In this document: positions 16,210 to 24,625 of the stretch, one piece after another
How the letters are laid out: each line of letters begins with the position of its first letter
Position numbering within the stretch: position 1 is the first letter of the stretch
Source of the DNA: a virus
Taxonomy: Duplodnaviria > Caudoviricetes
Length of the DNA: 43,975 bases
Virus record (IMG/VR): IMGVR_UViG_3300038393_001848
Coordinates: 1-43,975 of that record
Direction: 5' to 3' (one strand)
Made by a program: the position numbers and the translations under genes
Notes under the pieces: generated by a model
Database searches by the model: none
What the model was told of the DNA's origin: nothing
The model's input: only the letters and a program-made list of their open reading frames with translations

Positions 16210-17740
16210 TGGCTTCGCTCCCGGTGATTTCCTGCATCGCCAGCGGGTTCACCTTCCACGCCAGCGCGGTGAGTTCTTGCGGAGTCAGCTGCTTGCGCTT
16301 GCCGGTGACGGGGTCGGTCTGGCCGCTGACGAAGAACCGGCCCTTGCGCCCGCCATCGACGCTCGCGTCGAACACCACCCGGCCGCGCTTGCGCAGCGCC
16401 AGCTTGGCCTGTTCGATCGGGTCGGCGGCGCGCGCTTCGGCGCCGCGCCGTTCTTCGATCAGGTTCATGGCTGCGCGAACCGACTGGGCGATGCGGCCGC
16501 CGGTCGAGCGTGCGCTTTTGTCACCGTCCAATATGGCCTGCGCCTGGCGACCGATGCTGCGTCGCGCGGCCGCGCGCTGCAATTCGGACGTCAGGTCAGG
16601 CGACCGGCGCTGATAGGGTTGGCAGCGGCTGCAGCGACCCTTGTGGGGCGCGACGCACGCACCGGGCAACTGGCAATATTCGGCTCGCCTGCTGCCCTGC
16701 GGCGAGCCTTTCGGTTCGGCCTTGCTCCATTCGGGCAAGGGGGGCGACGCCAGCAGCGCTTCGATGCGCTCGACCTTGGGGCGTTTGGGCTGTGTGCCGC
16801 GCAGATGTTCACTGCCCGGGCGGCCGAACAGATGCTTGCCAACCCGCGTGCGCGACAGCCCGTGCCGGTCGCACCAGGCGGCTAGGCGGTTAGCCAGTTC
16901 GTCCCCGGTGGGCAGGCTGGGACGTGAAGGCGAAGGGGCGGCGCCGTTGGCCTGGCTATCCGCCCCCTCGCAACCGCCAGGCTGCGTGCCTGCGTCACCT
17001 GGCGGGGTCTTATTTTCACGGAACCGCCGGTCGCCCAGCGGCACGCGCCTTTCAGCCGGGGCGGCCCCTGGGCTGTTCAGCCAGGCTTCCGCCTTCAGCC
17101 GTGTCGCTTCGCGCACCGGGCGCGTCGCGATCTTCATGATGCTCATTTGCACCTGGTTGCCGAACACCGCGCGGCTGACCGCCGTCGCGTGCATACCGCG
17201 GCGCTGCCCTTCCTCGAGCAGCAGGCGATAAAGCTGCGGCCCCGTCGCCGCGATCGGGACGGTGCGACGGGGCCGGTCAGTCAGGTCAGGCGATAGCGCT
17301 TTCGCCCCACCAGCTTTCGCACTGTCGCCCGTCGCCGGCGCAGTAGCGCAGGTAATATTGCCGCTCGCCGGCGGCGTATTCGGCCCGTCCGATGACTTCG
17401 CCTTCCTCGCTGGACTTGGCGAGCCGGACAGTTTGTCCGATCGCGAATTTGAACCCGTCGCCCATGTTTCTTCCTTTCCCTGCTGTGTTTGGCGGGGTGG
17501 CCGCAACGTCCCCGCATCCAATCGGCCTTCGGTGATCAGGATTTCGATGCTGGCAATGACCTGCGCCTGGGTGAGGTCGAGCGTGCGCGCCATGTCGCCC
17601 AGCCGCAGCCGTTCGCCGGCGGGCACCTTGGCAATCTGGCGCAGCACGGCACCCAGCCACAGCCGGTTGGCCGCGGCGACGCCAGTCGGCATCGGTTGGC
17701 GGGCTGGGCCTACCGCAAAGGACGACCCCGGGGCGTTCAT
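16199..17740 (-). CDS. 513-aa multi-module protein with HTH-like segments separated by low-complexity linkers
   Basis: ATGA-coupled start; LGDMARTLDLTQAQV, GMHATAVSRAVFG and GLSRTRVGKHLFG segments. Confidence 0.55.
   Translation of the reverse strand: MNAPGSSFAVGPARQPMPTGVAAANRLWLGAVLRQIAKVPAGERLRLGDMARTLDLTQAQVIASIEILITEGRLDAGTLRPPRQTQQGKEETWATGSNSRSDKLSGSPSPARKAKSSDGPNTPPASGNITCATAPATGDSAKAGGAKALSPDLTDRPRRTVPIAATGPQLYRLLLEEGQRRGMHATAVSRAVFGNQVQMSIMKIATRPVREATRLKAEAWLNSPGAAPAERRVPLGDRRFRENKTPPGDAGTQPGGCEGADSQANGAAPSPSRPSLPTGDELANRLAAWCDRHGLSRTRVGKHLFGRPGSEHLRGTQPKRPKVERIEALLASPPLPEWSKAEPKGSPQGSRRAEYCQLPGACVAPHKGRCSRCQPYQRRSPDLTSELQRAAARRSIGRQAQAILDGDKSARSTGGRIAQSVRAAMNLIEERRGAEARAADPIEQAKLALRKRGRVVFDASVDGGRKGRFFVSGQTDPVTGKRKQLTPQELTALAWKVNPLAMQEITGSEANAS
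17286..17465 (-). CDS. 59-aa small beta protein nested out of frame in the 513-aa ORF
   Basis: MGDGFKFAIGQTVRL...GEVIGRAEY...YYLRY..GDGR..ESWWGESAI; AAGGAAG RBS; hairpin right after its stop. Confidence 0.75.
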   Translation of the reverse strand: MGDGFKFAIGQTVRLAKSSEEGEVIGRAEYAAGERQYYLRYCAGDGRQCESWWGESAIA

Positions 17741-18063
17741 CGGCCGCGCCCGACCAGCAGCACGCTGACGGTCAGCACTTCGCCGATCGTGACGTCGACG
17801 TCGCGCACGACCTGCCGGCCGACGGCGATCAGCTTCAGGCTGGCGGCACTGCGGGCCAGTTCGTCGGCGCGAAGCCGCGCCTGACTGTCGGGCAGGTCAT
17901 AGCTGATGGTGAGCCGGTGGCCGCCGCGCACCACCTTGGTCGCCTGGCTGCGCAGCAAGGTCGGACACCCCGGCGCGAACGCCCTGATCAGGAACGTCAC
18001 CGCCGGCGACAGCGCATAGCGGCGGCGGCGAGCCGATTGGGGGGATGGGCGCGGCGCGATCAT
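17737..18063 (-). CDS. Hypothetical protein
   Basis: ATGA overlaps at both ends. Confidence 0.6.
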   Translation of the reverse strand: MIAPRPSPQSARRRRYALSPAVTFLIRAFAPGCPTLLRSQATKVVRGGHRLTISYDLPDSQARLRADELARSAASLKLIAVGRQVVRDVDVTIGEVLTVSVLLVGRGR

Positions 18064-18707
18064 GCCGCGCGCTCCGTTGCCGCGAACTTGTCGACCTGGT
18101 TGCCCCACACGTCCCAGCCGTCGCGGCGGGTGCGGGCGAATAATTCCAGATAGGGGCCGGCCACCAAGCGTTCGATTCTGGCCGGAATGCAGTCTGGCTT
18201 CCGGCTATGCTCGCGACGCGGTTCGATGACGCCCATGCGCACGTCAGCGTGCAGGCGCTTCGGCTTACCCCGCGTTGCCAGTAGACACGGTTCGGAATTG
18301 GCGCGCGTCCAGTAGCCGAGTCCGACCTGAACGTCCGCATCTTCGCGAAACATGTCGGGCTGACGATTGTTCGCCTTCATCCAATCGAAGGCGCAGGTCT
18401 TATAATCGAACCCCCACGCGGCGATCGTGTCGAGCGCTTCCGGCAACAGCGGCCAGGTCGCCCACATGAACAGGACGCAATCTGGCGCTGCCAGGTCGGC
18501 GACCGGCAGGCACTGGATGTCAGTCGCTTCGGCCGTCAGATAATGTTTGTCAGCCGATCGGTCGCCCATCGGTGCCAGGCCAGCCCGCTGACCGCGGTAT
18601 TTGCCCCAGCTTTCCCAACGCCACGGCGGGTCAGCGTAGATCACGCCATAATGGCCGCGCGGAAGGCCGGCGAAGGGGGCCGGCACCGGTGCAGCCAGGC
18701 CATTCAC
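18060..18707 (-). CDS. MT-A70 family adenine methyltransferase (orphan)
   Basis: VIYADPPW, CVLFMWAT, GLGYWTRANSE, REHSRKP, YLELFAR, WDVWGNQ. Confidence 0.93.
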   Translation of the reverse strand: MNGLAAPVPAPFAGLPRGHYGVIYADPPWRWESWGKYRGQRAGLAPMGDRSADKHYLTAEATDIQCLPVADLAAPDCVLFMWATWPLLPEALDTIAAWGFDYKTCAFDWMKANNRQPDMFREDADVQVGLGYWTRANSEPCLLATRGKPKRLHADVRMGVIEPRREHSRKPDCIPARIERLVAGPYLELFARTRRDGWDVWGNQVDKFAATERAA

Positions 18708-18814
18708 AGCGCACCCACGGCGCGCAGCAGGCGCAACTGACCAAAGTCATCGTCGGGCGAGCGCAACGGTTGCGGCGGTCCCAGCCGCTGGCGAAGGCGT
18801 CCCAGCCAGGTCAT
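18704..18814 (-). CDS. Small hypothetical protein (36 aa)
   Basis: Bridges neighbours with ATGA and GTGA overlaps. Confidence 0.45.
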   Translation of the reverse strand: MTWLGRLRQRLGPPQPLRSPDDDFGQLRLLRAVGAL

Positions 18815-19197
18815 GCGGCCATACGCCGCGTGTCGTGCCGTCCGCCGCGGCCTGTCATCGGGATGCGCCAGCCTTGGTCGGCGCTCCGGCTGCCCTGGCC
18901 CATGCCGCGCCCGACACGGCGTTCGATCTGGATGCCCAGCGCGACCAGCGCCGACATGTGAACGCTGACGACATTGCGCCATGTCTCGGGCTGCAGGTCC
19001 GGGTTCGGCCACAGCACGTCCAATATGTCGTCAAGGCTGACGAACCGCTTCGGGTCGGTCAGCAACAGCAGCGCCAGCAGTTCGGCCATGGCCGGGGCAA
19101 TGCGGCAGCGCAGACCGTCGATCGTGCAACGATTCCGGCAATATTCGTGCCAGGTCATGCTGACCCGCCGACGGATGACTGGGTGACGGCGCTTCAC
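18811..19197 (-). CDS. Stand-alone OmpR/PhoB-type winged-helix DNA-binding protein
   Basis: ELLALLL...FVSLDDILDVLW...RNVVSVHMSAL...IERRVGRG; no receiver domain. Confidence 0.75.
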   Translation of the reverse strand: MKRRHPVIRRRVSMTWHEYCRNRCTIDGLRCRIAPAMAELLALLLLTDPKRFVSLDDILDVLWPNPDLQPETWRNVVSVHMSALVALGIQIERRVGRGMGQGSRSADQGWRIPMTGRGGRHDTRRMAA

Positions 19198-19454
19198 GCC
19201 ACCACCCCGCGATTTTCCAGCTTGGTTCGCACCAGGTCGATCGCCGTGCCGACGGTTTGAGTGAAGGCGACTTCGTCATCCGAAAACCGCACCCCGAATT
19301 CTTCCTCGAGCGCGTGCGGCACGTTGATCAGGTCCAGGCTGTCGGCGCCCAGGTCGCGGCGGAAGTCCGCGCCGTCGGCCAGCCGCTTGATCGGGCAGGC
19401 GAGTTCGCGGGCAATGACGATGCGCGCGCGGCGGCCGATTTCGACGTCGGTCAT
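19194..19454 (-). CDS. Acyl carrier protein homologue (86 aa)
   Basis: F..DLGADSLD....ALEEEFG..FSDDE....TVG.AID; Ser39 is the phosphopantetheine site. Confidence 0.9.
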   Translation of the reverse strand: MTDVEIGRRARIVIARELACPIKRLADGADFRRDLGADSLDLINVPHALEEEFGVRFSDDEVAFTQTVGTAIDLVRTKLENRGVVA

Positions 19455-20065
19455 CGCCTGCCCCCGGTTGGATTGGCAGGCCGATCAGAACCCGGCCCCG
19501 CCGTTTCGCAGCCGGTGGCGATGACCTTGACCACCCGGAACCGGGCGTCGCCGGGGACCGGCACGCACTTGCGGGTGATGAACCCGGCCGCGTCCAGTTT
19601 CTTCAGGCACCATTTGACCTGGTCGGGGGACAGGTCGGCGGCCTCGCCGATCTGCGCGTCACTGGGGCAGCGCCGGCCGTCCTGGGCGGCGTCCTGGACG
19701 ACCAAAAGCACCGACATCATCATCGGGTCGCAGATGCGCGGGGTCACCACGCGCACCCGGTTGCGGCGCACGAAATAGTCGAACCCGCCGTCGTTGGCGC
19801 GGCGGTGATGCGGAATGACGTCGCCCGACGTCACCAGCGCCTGCACGCGGGCATAAGCCCCGCCACGGATTAAGTCGGGGCCGTGGCAATAAACGAAGGT
19901 GTCGCCGACCTGCGCCGTCTTCAGCCAGGCGTCGATGTCGGCTTCGGTGACGGTCCAGCTTTCCTGCGCCCGCCCCTGTGGCCCGCGGTTGGCGGGGATG
20001 GGGCCGCTATCGAAAGCCGCCCCAAACCCGAATGCCGATGCTGGTGAAAGTCCCCCCCGGGTCAT
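19451..20065 (-). CDS. Winged-helix domain protein
   Basis: C-terminal CPSDAQIGEAADLSPDQVKWCLKKLDAAGFITR (LexA/MarR-like wHTH). Confidence 0.7.
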   Translation of the reverse strand: MTRGGLSPASAFGFGAAFDSGPIPANRGPQGRAQESWTVTEADIDAWLKTAQVGDTFVYCHGPDLIRGGAYARVQALVTSGDVIPHHRRANDGGFDYFVRRNRVRVVTPRICDPMMMSVLLVVQDAAQDGRRCPSDAQIGEAADLSPDQVKWCLKKLDAAGFITRKCVPVPGDARFRVVKVIATGCETAGPGSDRPANPTGGRR

Positions 20066-20068
20066 GGT

Positions 20069-20563
20069 TTAGCTTTCCTCGAGCGCGCGGGCGGCGAGCG
20101 CGTCCAGCTGGGCCAGGCACTGCATCGCCTCGCCGATTTCGCGGCGCAGGTCGGTGCCAACGATTTCGGCGGCGGTGACGCCGTCGGGCAGGGCGTTCAG
20201 GACGCGCTGCTGAACGTCCTGGAATTCGGCGCCGGCGCGCGCCAGCGCGGCGCACCAGTCGACGTCGGCGGGCAAAGCGGCAGGCTTGGCGACCAGCAAA
20301 TACCCGGCTTCAGAGGCGAGGAACCGCGTCACCAGCGGGTGGCCCAGCGTGCCGTGCGTCACGGCTTCCAGCGCCAGCACCGTGTCGATCGGCGCGAAGT
20401 CGGGCGTGTTGGGCAGGCCATAGGCCGACAGCCGCGGCTGCGACTTGCCGGTCACGCCTTCGGCTTCCTCTTGCCCGCCGGCGGCTTTCACCAGCGCCTT
20501 GGTCTGACGCTTGAGCGCCTGCAGCTGCGGCGGGTGCTGGACGGTGCGCAGGTCGGCGGACAT
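20069..20563 (-). CDS. CII-like regulatory protein
   Basis: Follows cro; LVKAAGG...LSAYG.PN..DFAPID.V..LE...GHP.VT..LA pattern. Confidence 0.65.
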   Translation of the reverse strand: MSADLRTVQHPPQLQALKRQTKALVKAAGGQEEAEGVTGKSQPRLSAYGLPNTPDFAPIDTVLALEAVTHGTLGHPLVTRFLASEAGYLLVAKPAALPADVDWCAALARAGAEFQDVQQRVLNALPDGVTAAEIVGTDLRREIGEAMQCLAQLDALAARALEES

Positions 20564-21052
20564 TTAGGCGGCCGCCTTGTCAGCGCCAGCAGTCGAACAG
20601 CCCGGGCTGTCCGCTGACGACGCTTTCGACCCGTTCGTCGGCGAACAGGTCGGCGAGATAAAAGGGGCGCCGTCGTGGGGGACCCCCTGGCCGCCCGACG
20701 CCGAACAAATATTTTCGCCGGCTTTAGTTGCCGACGGGGTCGTGTCGGCAGCGTTATGGTCCGTGCCATGAACTTCCACCGCTACCCCGTCGCCCGCCGT
20801 CTGCTGCTCGCCCGCTGGGCGCGCACCGACGACCGGCAGCTGCGCAACGATGTCCGGCGGCACGAAATCCTCGAGCCGCAGCAAGGTGCCGCGCTTGTCC
20901 CATGCCGCCGTGATGATCTTCGGCCAATGGTCCGAATGGATGGAGCCGCGGTTGCGCCACTGGCGCACGGTGACCCCGCTTTCGCCGATGTCGGCGGCCA
21001 TGCTTTCCGCATTGCCGGCCCACACGTCGAAGATTTTGTCGAGATGTGACAT
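20564..21052 (-). CDS. cro: Cro-like HTH repressor with long low-complexity C-terminal tail
   Basis: MAADIGESGVTVRQWRNRGSI...W; divergent from cI across the operators. Confidence 0.75.
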   Translation of the reverse strand: MSHLDKIFDVWAGNAESMAADIGESGVTVRQWRNRGSIHSDHWPKIITAAWDKRGTLLRLEDFVPPDIVAQLPVVGARPAGEQQTAGDGVAVEVHGTDHNAADTTPSATKAGENICSASGGQGVPHDGAPFISPTCSPTNGSKASSADSPGCSTAGADKAAA

Positions 21053-21061
21053 GATGCCGCA

Positions 21062-21117
21062 CGATACGCACTGTATCGCTGCTGTCAATACCCCACGTAT
21101 CGCTACCGAACGTATTG
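21062..21117. promoter_or_regulatory. Three operators (CGATAC-N5-GTATCG type) and cro promoter
   Basis: 21062-21078 CGATAC-GCACT-GTATCG; 21086-21102 CAATAC-CCCAC-GTATCG; 21101-21117 CGCTAC-CGAAC-GTATTG; minus-strand TTGACA at 21083-21088. Confidence 0.85.
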
Positions 21118-21125
21118 TTGGGGAT

Positions 21126-21878
21126 ATGTCGAGCAGCCAACAAGCCGAACGCCTGCGCCAGGCGCGCATCGACGCCGGCTATGCGTCGGCGGCGGAAGCG
21201 GCGCAGCGCTTTGGATGGAACGAGTCCGCCTATCGCCACCACGAAAATGGCACCCGCGGCTTCGGCGCCGATGCAGCAAAACGCTATGGCCGCGCGTTCA
21301 AGGTTAAGCCGGGGTGGTTGCTCGGGTTAGAAACCGTTAATGTTGCAGGCGTTACGAACGCCGCCAATGCGGACCAGCTTGAAGTCAACGGCAGCGTTTG
21401 TGCCGGTGTCTGGCGTGAGTCGGAACACTGGAACGACGACCGACGGTTCGTGATCAACTTGCCCTCGCCCGTGCCCGGTGCCCAGCGCTTCGGCATGCTG
21501 GTCGAAGGCCATTCGATGGACCTGGTCTATGTCCCCGGCACGGTGCTGGATTGCGTGTCGATCTTTTCGAAGGCGGTGGACCCGAAGACCGGCGACGTCG
21601 TCATTGTCGAGCGCGCCCGCCCCGGAGGCTTACGCGAACTGACAGTCAAGGAATTTCGCGAGGAAGGCGGGCGCCAGCTGCTGGTGCCGCGATCGAGCCG
21701 CGCCGAGTTCACGGCCCTGGTCTATCCCGGCCCCGACGCCGAAGCCGACCCCGACACCCACGAAACCGTGCGCATCCTCGCCTTCGTCGTCGCGTCTTAT
21801 CCGCCCAACGCGCTCGACCTGCTGGAACGCATGGGGCTGATCGACAGCGGCAACGGCCGCGCCGCCGACGCCGCCTGA
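21126..21878 (+). CDS. cI: CI-like repressor (XRE HTH + S24 peptidase)
   Basis: ERLRQARIDAGY...YRHHENGTRG...PGWLL; CAG cleavage-site region, VEGHSMD, TVKEF. Confidence 0.92.
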   Translation: MSSSQQAERLRQARIDAGYASAAEAAQRFGWNESAYRHHENGTRGFGADAAKRYGRAFKVKPGWLLGLETVNVAGVTNAANADQLEVNGSVCAGVWRESEHWNDDRRFVINLPSPVPGAQRFGMLVEGHSMDLVYVPGTVLDCVSIFSKAVDPKTGDVVIVERARPGGLRELTVKEFREEGGRQLLVPRSSRAEFTALVYPGPDAEADPDTHETVRILAFVVASYPPNALDLLERMGLIDSGNGRAADAA

Positions 21879-21882
21879 CCCA

Positions 21883-22155
21883 ATGACCGCAGCCCGGCTA
21901 GGTTGGGTAGGATGGGCCGGCGCTGCGGTCCTGTTATGCGCCTGCGACAGCGCCGGCGTCCGCGCCGCGAAGGACGCCGATCACCGCGCCGCGATGGTCG
22001 AAATGAACGGCGGCACGACCGCCGACCAATGCGCCGCGCGCAAGGCCGCGGCGGACGCATGGCTGAACGCCTTGGACACACCCAATTATCAGCGCGCGAA
22101 GACCGCCGCCGACCTGGTGTGCAACCGCGCCCGGCTCGAATCGCTGGCGCTTTAG
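21883..22155 (+). CDS. Putative lipoprotein downstream of cI
   Basis: Signal peptide with lipobox LCA|C (Cys21); starts 4 nt after the cI stop. Confidence 0.7.
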   Translation: MTAARLGWVGWAGAAVLLCACDSAGVRAAKDADHRAAMVEMNGGTTADQCAARKAAADAWLNALDTPNYQRAKTAADLVCNRARLESLAL

Positions 22156-22229
22156 GGGCTGTCCGCACCGTAACACGCGCCGACCCTGCCGCGCCGGCGC
22201 TCACCCACGTTATTAAGATTTCACACCGC

Positions 22230-22272
22230 CGATACACGCTGTATTGACAGCCAAGCGATACAAGGCGTATTG
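22230..22272 (+). promoter_or_regulatory. Two operators overlapping the early rightward promoter
   Basis: 22230-22246 CGATAC-ACGCT-GTATTG; 22256-22272 CGATAC-AAGGC-GTATTG; TTGACA at 22244-22249; AGGAG RBS before 22303. Confidence 0.85.
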
Positions 22273-22302
22273 ACCGCTCCCGCTTAACAGGAGTGGGTTC
22301 CA

Positions 22303-22698
22303 ATGCTTCAGACACCAGCACCTTTCCCATATCAGGGCAGTTATGCGCTGCTCGAGCATGAAGGCCGCACCCAACTGGTGCGCATCGTCATGCGCCGCGA
22401 AGGCGAAGTGGTCGTCAGCTTCCCGCTGCGCGACGGGGCCGGTGGCAACCTTCGGGTCGACCCCGCCAAGCTGATCGACGGCACCCCGCTGACCCAGGCC
22501 GAAGAACGCGAGTTCCACGACTTGGACCGGCTGATTGACGGCCGCACGTTCAGCGACCTTTCGAAGGCGTTGCGGGTCAAGGCCAAGCGCCGCACCGCGC
22601 TGAAGCATCGCCTGATCTGGTCGCGCTTCATGGCCCCCAAGGTCGCCGAAGCCGAACGGCTCGCCGCAGCGGGCACCGCCCGCAGCAAGGCGGCCTGA
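22303..22698 (+). CDS. Hypothetical protein, first gene of the early operon
   Basis: AGGAG RBS, follows the operator-controlled promoter. Confidence 0.75.
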   Translation: MLQTPAPFPYQGSYALLEHEGRTQLVRIVMRREGEVVVSFPLRDGAGGNLRVDPAKLIDGTPLTQAEEREFHDLDRLIDGRTFSDLSKALRVKAKRRTALKHRLIWSRFMAPKVAEAERLAAAGTARSKAA

Positions 22699-22700
22699 CC

Positions 22701-22904
22701 ATGCACGGCGAACTGGACATGTGCCCGTTCGAACGGCGCATCATCGGGGGCGGCGGCGCGGTGCTGCTGCGGGTCGACCGTGACCATGCCAAGCGCTGCG
22801 TCGAAGCGATTCGCCGCCGCAATCCGCCCGCCTGGTCGCTTCAGGGGGCCAGCTATCATGTCAGCGAGCGCAAGGCGCCGCGCCGACTGAAGGCTGTGGC
22901 GTGA
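22701..22904 (+). CDS. Hypothetical protein
   Basis: Tight packing in operon. Confidence 0.55.
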   Translation: MHGELDMCPFERRIIGGGGAVLLRVDRDHAKRCVEAIRRRNPPAWSLQGASYHVSERKAPRRLKAVA

Positions 22905-23107
22905 TGAACGCCCTGCGCTGGCTCGCGACGGGCATCACCGTCACCAGTGGCATCGGTGCCTGTGTCGCCGGGTTCGGCGACTGGGCCGACCAAGCGCTGG
23001 CGGCGCGGGCAGGGGGGTTCTTCCTGCTTGCGATTCTCGGCACGCTCGCCACCTGGGCGACGGTCGAAGTGTTCGTCGAGATTGCCAACGGCGGGCACAA
23101 TGGCTGA
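22901..23107 (+). CDS. Small two-TM membrane protein
   Basis: Two hydrophobic segments; overlaps neighbours. Confidence 0.6.
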   Translation: MMNALRWLATGITVTSGIGACVAGFGDWADQALAARAGGFFLLAILGTLATWATVEVFVEIANGGHNG

Positions 23108-24212
23108 CGGCACCGCGATCGAATGGACCGACGCCACCTGGAACGTCGTCAACGGCTGCACCGTCCTAAGCCCCGGCTGCGCCAATTGCTATGCGATGGG
23201 CCTCGCCGCCACCCGGTTGAAAAACCACCCGTCGCGCGCCGGCCTCGCCCGCATGCACAACGGCCATGCCCAGTGGACCGGCCAGGTGCGCTTCAACGAA
23301 GCGGTGCTGCTCGACCCGCTGAAATGGCGCCGTCCGCGCCGCATTTTCGTCTGCGCGCACGGCGACCTATTCCACGACAGCGTGCCCGATGAATGGATTG
23401 ACCAGGTATTCGCTGTCATGGCGCTCGCCCCCCAGCACAGCTTCCAAGTGCTGACCAAGCGCGCCGATCGCATGCGCGGCTATGTCGTCGGTGATGACCT
23501 GCCGTTCCTGCATGGCCGCCTGCAGCGCATCCAAGACGCCGCCTATCGTATAGCTATCAATCGCAGGGGGCAACGGGACGAAGCCGCCGGCATGGCAGCC
23601 AGGCAGCAATGCATCGATGCCCTGAAGCGCATCAGCGACCGGGAAAGTGCGGGTTTCGCGAACGTCTGGCTGGGCGTCAGCGTCGAAGATCAGCAGCGCG
23701 CCGACGAACGCATCCCGCACCTGCTGGCGGCGCCAGCAGCCGTGCGCTGGCTGTCGTGCGAACCGCTGCTGGGGCCGGTCAACCTTCGCGACGTCGCCTT
23801 CGACGGCACCACCGAATGCGACGCCTTGGCCGGCGAGCATATTTTTAGCGATCTGCCGCAAGGCCGGCGCATCGACTGGGTCGTGGCTGGCGGCGAAAGC
23901 GGCCACCGCGCACGACCGATGCACCCCGACTGGGTGCGCAGCCTGCGTGATCAATGCGCTGCCACCGGGGTGCCGTTCCTGTTCAAGCAATGGGGCGAGT
24001 GGGCGCCGGTCGACCCGCCAGCCAGCCAATGGGATTGCATGCCGGCCGTCAACGGCCGCGCCGGACGCATCACCATGTATTCCAACGGTGTTTCAAAACC
24101 GCGCGGGTTTTTCCCCGCCGGCGCGCGCAATACGGCGAACCTCGACCGCCTGGGCAAGAAAGAGGCCGGACGGCTGCTTGACGGCCAGCTGCACGACGGA
24201 TTCCCGGCATGA
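23100..24212 (+). CDS. Phage Gp37/Gp68 (DUF5131) family protein
   Basis: IEWTDATWN, GC..SPGCANCYA, GDLFH, FQVLTKR, NVWLGVSVE, SCEPLLG, WVVAGGESG, FKQWG. Confidence 0.92.
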   Translation: MADGTAIEWTDATWNVVNGCTVLSPGCANCYAMGLAATRLKNHPSRAGLARMHNGHAQWTGQVRFNEAVLLDPLKWRRPRRIFVCAHGDLFHDSVPDEWIDQVFAVMALAPQHSFQVLTKRADRMRGYVVGDDLPFLHGRLQRIQDAAYRIAINRRGQRDEAAGMAARQQCIDALKRISDRESAGFANVWLGVSVEDQQRADERIPHLLAAPAAVRWLSCEPLLGPVNLRDVAFDGTTECDALAGEHIFSDLPQGRRIDWVVAGGESGHRARPMHPDWVRSLRDQCAATGVPFLFKQWGEWAPVDPPASQWDCMPAVNGRAGRITMYSNGVSKPRGFFPAGARNTANLDRLGKKEAGRLLDGQLHDGFPA

Positions 24213-24625
24213 CCGCCGCCGACCTGGCCGTTGCTGCCCGTAGCGAAGCCGACCGGCGAGCGCGCAAATATCCGGCGCTGGTCGCGTCCGAAAAGCTGTC
24301 GGCCGACGAAGCGACGATCGACTATCAGGCGTGGCACGCGATCGCCGCTTGGCTGGAAACCGGCCAGTTCCGCACGACCGACCAGGGCGGCGCCAACTGC
24401 GCGACAATCGTCGGGTGGCCCGAAGCCGAAGCCGCCGCCGATCGCGCGCTGGCCGACGTCACCCGCAAGGCGCTGACCGCCACCGACGACGCCAAGCGCG
24501 ACCGGCTGAACAGCCGCGGCGCGGCGCTCCGGGTCATCGCCGGCAAGGTCCGGCTGCACCGGCAGCTGGTCGAAAGCATTAACGCCGAATTCGCGGCCCG
24601 CCGCGAGTCGAAGGCGGCAGCGTGA
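24209..24625 (+). CDS. Hypothetical protein
   Basis: ATGA-coupled; E..RRARKYPALV motif. Confidence 0.65.
   Translation: MTAADLAVAARSEADRRARKYPALVASEKLSADEATIDYQAWHAIAAWLETGQFRTTDQGGANCATIVGWPEAEAAADRALADVTRKALTATDDAKRDRLNSRGAALRVIAGKVRLHRQLVESINAEFAARRESKAAA

Noticed and set aside
20850-21125. Extended N-termini of cI (20850) and cro (21169) in the ORF track
   Set aside because: They would overlap each other and the operators; HTH domains begin at 21126 and 21052
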